Of a stretch of 64,000 nt of DNA, positions 54,989-64,000 are shown piece after piece. A program made the position numbers and the translations under genes. Origin of the DNA: the human T2T-CHM13v2.0 reference genome, Homo sapiens; the NCBI RefSeq assembly GCF_009914755.1, contig NC_060931.1. One strand, written 5' to 3'. Below the pieces are notes generated by a model. The model made no database searches and was not told the DNA's origin. It was given only the letters and a program-made list of their open reading frames with translations. Positions within the stretch are counted from its first letter, which is position 1, and every line of letters begins with the position of its first letter.

Positions 54989-56395
54989 CAAAAATAACCA
55001 AATTGTATGTGACTTACTTAAAACCAAGTGAAAGGAAAATAAAGTCAAATGTTTACAAGTCAAAGTGAATTATATTAATACCAAATTATTATATAGATTT
55101 ATCAATGAAATTATATTATAGTACTATAAGGTCTAATTTTTTTCTGCGTGTGGATATTCAGTTTTTGCAGCATTATTTGTTGAAGAGACTATCCTTTACC
55201 TATTGGGTGTTCTTTGCACCTCTGTTGAAGATGAATTGAGAGTAAATGCACAGATTTGTTTCTGGACTCTCTATTCTGTTACTGGTCTATATGTCTGCTT
55301 TAATTATGATAGTTTTGTAGTATTTTGAAATCAGACAGTGTGATACCTCTAGCCTTGATCTGGCTTAAGATTGCTTTGGCTAGCATGGGCATTTTCTGCT
55401 TCTATATAAATTTTAGGATTTTTTTTCTATTTATTTCTGTGCAAAATGCCTCTGCAATTTTGATAGGGATTCTATTGAATCTGTGGATTGCCTTCAATAG
55501 TATGGAAATTTTAACAATATCAGTTCTTCTAATTCATAAATATAAGTCTTTACATTTGTTTGTGTCTTTAATTTTTTTCACAAATGTCTTATAGTTTTCA
55601 GTGTGCATAACTTTTACTTCCATTTATTCTTAAATGATTTACTCTTCTTGATGCTATTATAAATGAAATTATTTTCTTGATTTCTTTTTCAGATAATTTG
55701 TTATTAACATAGAGAAATGCAACCGATTTCTGTATATTGATTTTGTATCTTGCAACACTATTGAATTGATTTATTAGTCCTAACAGTTTTTTTGTAGAGT
55801 CTTTATGGTTTTCTATATACAAGATTATATTATCTGCAAACACAGACAATGTTACTTTTTCTGTCTCAAGTGCCTTTATTTCTTTTTCTTGTGTAAGTGC
55901 CCTATTTAAATATTTAAAGATGAATTAATGCCAATCCTCCTCAAACTCATTCAAAAAATTAGAGACCTCTTTAAACTTATTTTACAAGGCTAGAATTATC
56001 CTCATACCAAAGCCAGGCAATATCACTCCAAGAAAAGATAATTACAAGTCAATATTCCTGATGAACACAGGTGCAAAAATCTTTGAAAAATACTAGCAAA
56101 CTGAATTAAACAACACATTAAAATGATCATACACCATAATCTAGCAGGATTTTTTTGGCATGCAAGGATGATTTAACATGAGCAAATCAGTAAGTGTGAT
56201 ACACTATAGAAATGTATAGAAACACTACACTTCCAGTGGGCAACCTTGTTTTTTCCTGATTTTAGAGGAGAAGTTTCAACTTTGGACCCTTGAATATGAT
56301 GTTAGTGGTGGACTTACCATATGTATATGGCCTTAATTATATTATGTTTCTTCTACACCTAATTTGTTGAGAGTTTTTATCATAAAAGAATGCCA

Positions 56396-56707
56396 AGCCA
56401 GGCACAGTGGGTCACACCTGTGATCTCAGTGCTTTAGGAAGCCACGGCAGGAGAATCATTTGAGTCCAGAAGTTCGAGATGAGCCTGAGCAACGTATTGA
56501 GACACTGTCTCTACCAAAAATACAAAAAAATAGCCAGGCGTGGTGGCACATGCCTGGAGACCCAGCTACTTGGAAGGCTAAGAAAGGAAGATCACTTGAG
56601 CCCAGGAAATTCAGTCAGCAGTGACCTATAATTGTTCCACTGTACTCCATCCTGGGTGGCAGAGTGGGACCCTATCCCAAAAAATATATATATAATAATA
56701 ATAATAA
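56396..56707 (+). mobile_element. AluJ-like
   Basis: Diverged dimer with 'gatcacttgagcccagga' and an (ATA)n tail. Confidence 0.88.
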
Positions 56708-58595
56708 GTGATGTAGAATTTTGTCAAATAAATTTTCTATGTCTATTGAAATGATCATATAATCATTATCCTTCATTTTGTGAATATGGTGTATCACACT
56801 TACTGATTTGCTTATGTTAAATCATCCTTGTATTCCAAAAAAATCCTGCTAGATTATGGATTATGGTGTATGATCATTTTAATGTGCTGTTTAATTCAGT
56901 TTGCTAGTATTTTTGAAGATTTTTGCATCTGTGTTCATCAGGAATATTGTCCTGTAATTCTCTTTTCTTGGAGTGCTGTTGTCTGGCTTTGGTATGAGGA
57001 TAATGCTAGCCTTGTAAAATAAGTTTGAAGGGGTCCCTGTTTAGTTTTTTGAAAGAGTTTGAGGAGATTTGGAATTAATTCATCTTTACATATTTGGTAA
57101 AATCCACCAGCGAAGCCTTCAGGTTTTTGGATTTTCTTTTATAGAATGTCTTTAATTACTGATTCAATATCTTTACTTGTTATTGGACTGCTTAGATTTT
57201 CTAATTTTCATGATTTGATCTTGGTAGGTTGTATGTTTCTTGGAATTTGTTCATTTCTTTTAGGTTAACCAATTTATTGACATATAATTGTTCATAGCAG
57301 TTTTCTTGTTCAAGAAATCCTTTATATTTCTGTGGTATTAGTTGTAATGTCTCCTCTTTTATTTATAATTTTATTTATTTGAGTCTTTCCTTTTTGCCTT
57401 AGTTATTCTAGCTAAAGGTTTGTCAATTTTGTCTATCTTTCAGAAAATTAACACTCAGTTTTATTTATCTTTTCTATTTTTTCTGTTGTCTGTATTATTT
57501 ATTTCTTCTCTGTTATTTTCTTATTTCTGCCAACTCTGGGCTTAGTTTTCCTTTTTCTATTTCCTTGAGGTGTAATGTTAGATTGTATATTTTAGATCTT
57601 TTACTTACGTTAATATAGGCATTTACTACTATAAATTTTCCTCTTAGAACTGCTTTTTCTGCATTCCATAAGTTTTTGTTGTTATCTCACATGTCATTTG
57701 TCTCACAATATTCTGTTAATTTACTTTTTGATTTTTTTACCATTAGTTCTTTAGAAGTATGTTGCATAAATTTCCACATAATTATGAATTTTCTAATTTT
57801 CTCCTATTATTTATTTCTATATGGATATCACTGTGGTCAGAAAAGATACTTGATATGATTTCAATCTTCTTAAATTTATTAAGAACTGTTTGTGACATAA
57901 TGTATAATCTGTCACGAAGAAGTTCTGTATGCACTTGAAAAGAATGTTTCTACTGCTATTACAGAAAATGTTCTGTATGTATCACTTAGGTCCATTTAGT
58001 CTATATGGATGATCAAGTTCACTATTTTCTTATTTTTTTTAATCTGGATGATCCATCTTTTGTTAGAAATGAGGTATTGAAGTCCCCTACTATTACTGTA
58101 TTGCTGTATTTTTAAAAATTTCTGTTATAATTTGCTTTATATATTTAGGTGCTCCCATATTGGGCACATATATATTTACAAATGCTATATCCTCTTGATG
58201 AATTGACTCTTTTATCATTACATAATCACCTTTTTTATCTCTTGTGAGCATTTTTGGATTAAAGTCTATTTTGTCAATATAAGTAAAGCCATCCTTCCTC
58301 TCTTGTAGATACCATTTTGCATTGAATTTTTCTATCTCTTCACTTTCAGTGTGTGTATGTTCTTAAAACTAATGTGAGTATCTTGTAGAAAGTATAGGTT
58401 TTTTTAAAAAAAAATCCATTCAGCCACTCTATGTGTTTGGATGGGAAATTTTAATCCATTTTTTCTTAAGGTAATTAATGATAAGTAAGGACTTACTATC
58501 AAAATTTGGTTATTTATTTTATGATTATGTTGTAGTTCCTTTGTTCTATTCTTTCTCTCTTGGTGTCTCCTTTGTGAATAGATGATTTTTTATGT

Positions 58596-58641
58596 TGGTA
58601 TGCTTTGACTCCTTTTCCTGGTATGCTTTGACTCCTTTGCC
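58596..58641. repeat. 23-bp tandem duplication
   Basis: tggtatgctttgactccttt(t/g)cc x2. Confidence 0.9.
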
Positions 58642-59904
58642 TATTGACTACAAGTTTTTTTCTTTGTGGTTACCATGAGGCTTACATAAAATATCTTATG
58701 GTTTTAACAGATTATTTTAAGCTAGTGACAACTTAACTTTGCATACAAAACTCTGTACTTTAACTTCTCCCTCCGCATTTCATGTTATTGATGTCACAGT
58801 TTACATCATTTATATAGGATATCCATTTACAAATTATTGTAGCTATAGTTATTTTAACATTTTTGTTTCTTTAGCTTTTATGCTAGAGTTAAAAGTGATT
58901 TGCAAACCTCCATTATAATAGTAGGGTAGTCTGAATTTGGTTATATATTTATCTTTTAGTTAATTTTATGTTGTGCATATGTCTTTATGTTTTAAGTAAC
59001 TTTTTTTTTTCAACTTAAAGCACTATCTTCAGCATTTCTATTAAGGAAGGTCTAGTGGTGACAAACTCCTTCAGCTTTTGTTTATCTGGGAAACTATGTC
59101 ATTCATTCATAAAGGATGGCTTTGCTAGGTATAATATTCTTAGTTGGAAGGTTTTGTTTGTTTGTTTGTTTGTTTGTTCCAGAACTTTGAATGTATCATT
59201 CTACTGACCTGCAAAGTGTCTGCTGAGAAATATGCTAATAGTCTTATGGCAGGGAGAGAAAGGGGTTTTTTCTTGGATGTGATGACTCGTTTTCTCTTGC
59301 TGCTTTCAAAATTTTCTCATTGTCTTTGACTTTTGAAAATTTTATTATAGTGTATCTCAGTGAAAATCTCTTTAAAAAATAAGACATTTGGGCTTCATGG
59401 GCCTGAATGTGCGTTTGCCTTTCCATATTTGAGAAGTTTTCTGTCATTATTTTAAAATAAGTTTTGTAACTCTTTACTTTCTTTACTACTTCCAAAATAT
59501 TCATTATTTGTATATTGGTTTACTAGACAGAGTTTTACAAGAGTCATAGGTTTTCTTATTTTTTTTTATTCTTCTGAATGGGTAATTTCAAATGACTTAT
59601 CTTTGAGGTCACTGATTCTTCATTTTTATTGAGTCTGATACTGAAGTTTTCTTGTTAAATTTTTAAGTTAAGTCATTGTATTCTTCAGCTCTTGGATTTT
59701 TTTATGTCTGTCTCTTTGTTTAAATTATAATTTTGCTTATGTATTCTTTTCTTGATATTGTTTTGTTGAATGTGTGTGTTCTATTATACCTTGCTGAGTT
59801 CTTTAAGAATATTGTTTTGAATTATGTGTCAGACAACTAATAGATCTCCATTTCTTTAGGTCAATAACAGGTGTTTTACTTTGATCCTTTTTGTTTCTTT
59901 TTCC

Positions 59905-60286
59905 AATTTTTTTTTTATTTTTATTGGTCATGGGGGAAAAGGTCATGTTTCATTACATAAGTTCTTTAGTGATGATTTATAAGATTTTGGTGCAACCATC
60001 AGCTGAACACTATATACTGCACCTTATTTGTAGTCTTATCCCAAAGTCCATCGTGTCTTTCTTATGCCTTTGCATCCTCATAGCTTAACTCCCACTTATG
60101 AGTGAGAACAAACAGTGTTTGGTTTTCCATTGCTGAGTTACTTCACTTAGAATAATAATCTCCCATCCAGATCACTGCAAATGCCATTAATTCATTCCTT
60201 TTTATGGCTGAGTAGTATTTTATTTTATAAATATATATATATTTATTTTATTTATTTATTTATTTTATTATATATTTATTTTATTT

Positions 60287-60341
<55 letters not shown>

Positions 60342-63300
60342 TTTCTTTATCCATTCGTTGATTGTTGGGCATTTGGGTTGGTTCCACAATTTGCATTTGT
60401 AAATTGTGCTACTATAAACATGTGTGTACAAGTATCTTTTTCAAATAATGACTTGTTTTCCTCTGGGTAGATTCCCAGTAGTGGGATTGCTGGATCAAAT
60501 GGTAGTTCTACTTTAAGTTCTTCTAAGAAATCTCCACACTATTGTCCATAGTAATTGTACTAGTTTATATTCCCACCAGCAGTGCAGGAGTGTTTCCTGT
60601 TCACCACATCCACATCAATATCTACTATTTTTTGATTTTTTTTATTATGGCCATTCTTGCAGGAGTAAGGTGGTATCACATTGTGGTTTTGATTTGCATT
60701 TCCCTGATCACTAGTGATGCTGAGCATTTTTTCATATGTTGGTTAGCCATTTGTATATTTTCTTCTGAGAATTATCTAGTCATGTCCTTAGCCCACTTTT
60801 TGATGGCATTGTTACATTTTTTCTTGTTGATTTGTTTGAGTTCATTGTAGATTCTGGATATTAGTCCATTGTCAGATGTCTAGATTGTGAAAATTTTTCC
60901 CATTCTGTGGGTTGTCCGTTTGCTCTGTTGACTGTTTCTTTTGCTGTGCAAAGGTCTTTAGTTTAATTAAGTCCCAGCTATTTATGTTTCTTTTTATTGC
61001 ATTTGCTTTGGGGTTCTTCGTCATGAAGTCCTTGCTTAAGTCAATGTCTAGAAGAGTTTTTCCAATGTTATCTTCTAGAATGTTTAGTTTCAGGTCTCAG
61101 ATTTAAGTTCTTAATCCATCTTGAGTTGATGTTTTATAAGATGAGAGATGAGGATCCAATTTCATGTGGCTCATCAATTTTCCCAGCACCATTTGTTGCA
61201 AAGAGTGTCTTTTCCCCACTTTATGTTTTTGTTTGCTCTGTTGGAGATCAGTTAGCTGTAAGTATTTGGGTTTGTTTCTGGGCTTTCTATTCTGTTCCAT
61301 TGGTTTATGTGCCTATTTTTATACCTTGCTGTTTTTGTGACTATGGCCTTATAGTATAGTTTGAAATCAGGTAATTTGATGCCTCCAGATTTGTTGTTTT
61401 TGCTTAGTCTTGCTTTGGGCTCTTCTTTGGTTCCATATGAATTTTAGAATTTTATTTTCTAATTCTGTGAAGAATAATGGTGGTATTTTGATGGGAATTG
61501 CATTGAATTTGTAGATTGCTTTTGGCAGTATGAGCATTTTCACAATATTGAATCTACCCATCCATGAGCATGGGATGTGTTTCCATGTGTCATCTATGAT
61601 TCTTTCAGCAGTGTTTTGTAGTTTTCCTTGTAGAGGAAACTAGAAACTAAAAATTTACCTCCTTGGTGTGGTATATTCCTATTTTATTTTTTTTTTTGCA
61701 GCTATTGTAACAGGGATTGAGTTCTTGATTTGATTCTCAGCTTGGTCGTTGTTGGCATATAGAAGAGCTACTGATTTGTGTATATTAATTTTGTATCTGG
61801 AAACTGCTGAATTTTTTTATAAGTTCTAGGAGCTTTCTGGAGGAGTTTGTAGGGTTTCTAGGTAAACAATCACACCATCAGCAAACAGTGACAGTTTGAC
61901 TTTCTCTTTACCAATTTGGATGCCTTTTATTTCTTTCTCTTGACTGATTGCTCTGGCTAGGAATTCCAGCACTATGTTAAAGAAGAGTGGTGAGAGTGGG
62001 CATCCTTGTCTTGTTCCAGTTCTCAGAGGGAACGCTTTCAACTTTTTCTTATTCAGTTTTATGTTGGCTGTGGGTTTGTCATAGATGGCTTTTATCATTA
62101 TTGAAGTATGTCCCTTGTAGGCCAATTTGGCTGAGAATTTTAAGCATAAAGGGATGCTGGACTTTGTCAAATGCTTTTTCCACATCTATTGAGATGATCA
62201 TGTGATTTTTGTTTTTAATTCTGTTTATGTGGTGTATCACTTTTATTGACTTGGATATGTTAAACCATCCCTGCATCCCTGGTATAAAACCCATTTGATC
62301 ATGGTGAATTATCTTTTTGATCCGTTGTTGGATTCAGTTACTTAGTATTTTGTTAAGGGTTTCAGCGTCTGTGTTTATCTGGGATATGGTTTTCTAGTTT
62401 ATGTGTGTAAAGTTGTTCACAGTACCCTTGAATGATCTTTTGTATTTCTGTGATGTCAGCTGTAATATCTCCCGTTTCATTTCTTATTGAGCTTATTTGG
62501 ATTTTCTTTCTTCTTTTCTTGGTTAATCTTGCTAATGGTCTATCAGTTGTACTTTTTCAAAGAATCAGCTTTTTATTTCATTTATCTTTTGTATTTTCTT
62601 CTTTCAATTTCACTTAGTTCTGCTCTGATCTTGGTTATTTCCTTTCTTCTGCTGGTTTGGGTTTGATTTTTTCTTGTTTCTCTAGTTTCTTGAGGTGTGA
62701 CCTTAGATTGTCTGTTTGTGCTCTTTCAGATTTTTTGATGTAGGCATTTAGGGCTATTAACTTGCCTCTTAGCACTGCCTTTGCTGTGTCCCAGAAGTTT
62801 CGATAGGTTGTGTCACTGTTGTTGTTCAGTTTGAAGAATTTTCTTATTTCCATCTTGATTTCATTTTTGACCCAATGCTCATTCAGGAACAGGTTATTTA
62901 ATTTCCATGTATTTGCATGGATTTGAAGGCTCCTTTTGGAGTTGATTTCCAGTTTTATTCCACTATGGTCTGAGAGAGTGCTTGATATAATTTCAATTGT
63001 CTTAAATTTATGAGACTCATTTTGTGGCCTATCATATGGTCTATCTTGGAGAAAGTTCCATGCACTGTTGAATAGAATGTATACTCTGCAGTTCTGGGTG
63101 GAATGTTGTATATATATCTGTTAAGTCCATTTGTTCCAGGGTATAGTTTAAATCCATTTTTTTGTTGTTGTTGTTGACTTTCTGTCTTGATGACCTGTCT
63201 AGTGCTGTCAGTGAAGTATTGAAGTCCCCCACTGTTATTGTGTTGCTGTCTATCTCATTTCTTAGGTCTAGTAGTAATTGTTTTATAAATTTGGGACCTC

Positions 63301-64000
63301 TATTATTAGGTGCATATATGTTTAGGATTGTGATATTTTCCTGTTGGACAAGGCCTATCATTATATGATGTCTCTCTTTTTTTTTTTTAACTGCTATTGC
63401 TTTAAAGTTTGTTTTGTCTGATATAAGAATAGTTACTCCCAAGATTATATGCCCTTTGTCTTCAGTTACCAGGTGGGTGGGAAGGACCATCAGGCGGGGG
63501 CAGGGTTAGGCATGTCTGAGCTCTAACTCTCCTTGGGTGGGGCTTGCTACAGCTGCTGTCCAGGATGGGGGTGAGGGTCTCCGGTCACTGGAGTTATGCT
63601 CCTTGGAGGATTATGGCTGCCTCTACTGTGTCATGCAGGTTATTTAGGGAAGTGGGGGAAAGCTGGCAGTCACAGGCCTCACCTAGCTTTCACACAATCC
63701 AAAGGGTCAGTCTCACTCCCACCGTGCTCCCCACAATAGCACCAACTCTGTTTCCAGGCAATGGGCTAGCAGGACTGAGAACTTGCCAAGGCCACCCACC
63801 TCCCAGCTGTGGCTTTCCTTCTTCCCCCACCTGTGGAGTCTGCACACTGGATTCACACCCTCACCCAAGTTCTGGCCAGTTCAAATTGTTACAATCAGTT
63901 CAAATTGTTACAAAGTTCAGCTGGAAATTCTCTTCTCCCTATGGTCTTTTCCCAGTGTCTCTGGCTGTCCTCACAAAGGACTCCTGTGAGGCCAGGCAAA
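59905..64000 (-). mobile_element. L1PB-type LINE-1 with internal deletions, runs off the window
   Basis: Collinear with the 48577-54988 element; deletions at about 62385 and 63437; RT motif reads FADG. Confidence 0.9.
60228..60338. repeat. (TTTA)n/(TA)n microsatellite inside L1PB
   Basis: Long pure TA run from about 60292 to 60338. Confidence 0.95.

Larger units (their letters stand above)
55125..59880 (-). mobile_element. Old L1M element (ORF2 to ORF1 remnants)
   Basis: ORF 55598-55849 'VFADNIILYIEN'; ORF 59244-59504 is ORF1-like 'EKILKAARE'. Confidence 0.85.

Noticed and set aside
55908-56208. Twin-priming L1 inversion
   Set aside because: The same segment is also present in normal orientation at 56785-57095, so it is a duplication.

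Overview
This is primate genomic DNA (AluY and L1PA3/4-age elements point to a hominoid, probably human), AT-rich and dominated by interspersed repeats. I can support no host protein-coding exon or RNA gene; the long ORFs in the track are LINE-1 remnants. Positions 1-36.8 kb are a mosaic of unique sequence, Alus, MaLR/ERV solo LTRs, L2/MIR and hAT fossils, with two candidate regulatory or non-coding-exon islands (about 8.8-9.9 kb and 20.3-20.7 kb). Positions 36.8-64 kb are mostly minus-strand L1: a full-length L1PA3/4-like element with only three ORF2 lesions, a full-length L1PB-type element with a perfect 16-bp target-site duplication (TSD), an old L1M and an internally deleted L1PB. The most notable observations are a 170-bp non-repeat retroposed insert with full L1 insertion hallmarks (47603-47772), a two-segment locally templated insertion (33944-34090), a roughly 300-bp local inverted duplication (55908-56208 vs 56785-57095), a probable 22-nt L1 5' transduction and several fold-back microinsertions. 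I found no evidence for a new gene system. Subfamily names come from recalled consensus sequences and need RepeatMasker/Dfam confirmation; boundaries of old repeats are approximate.
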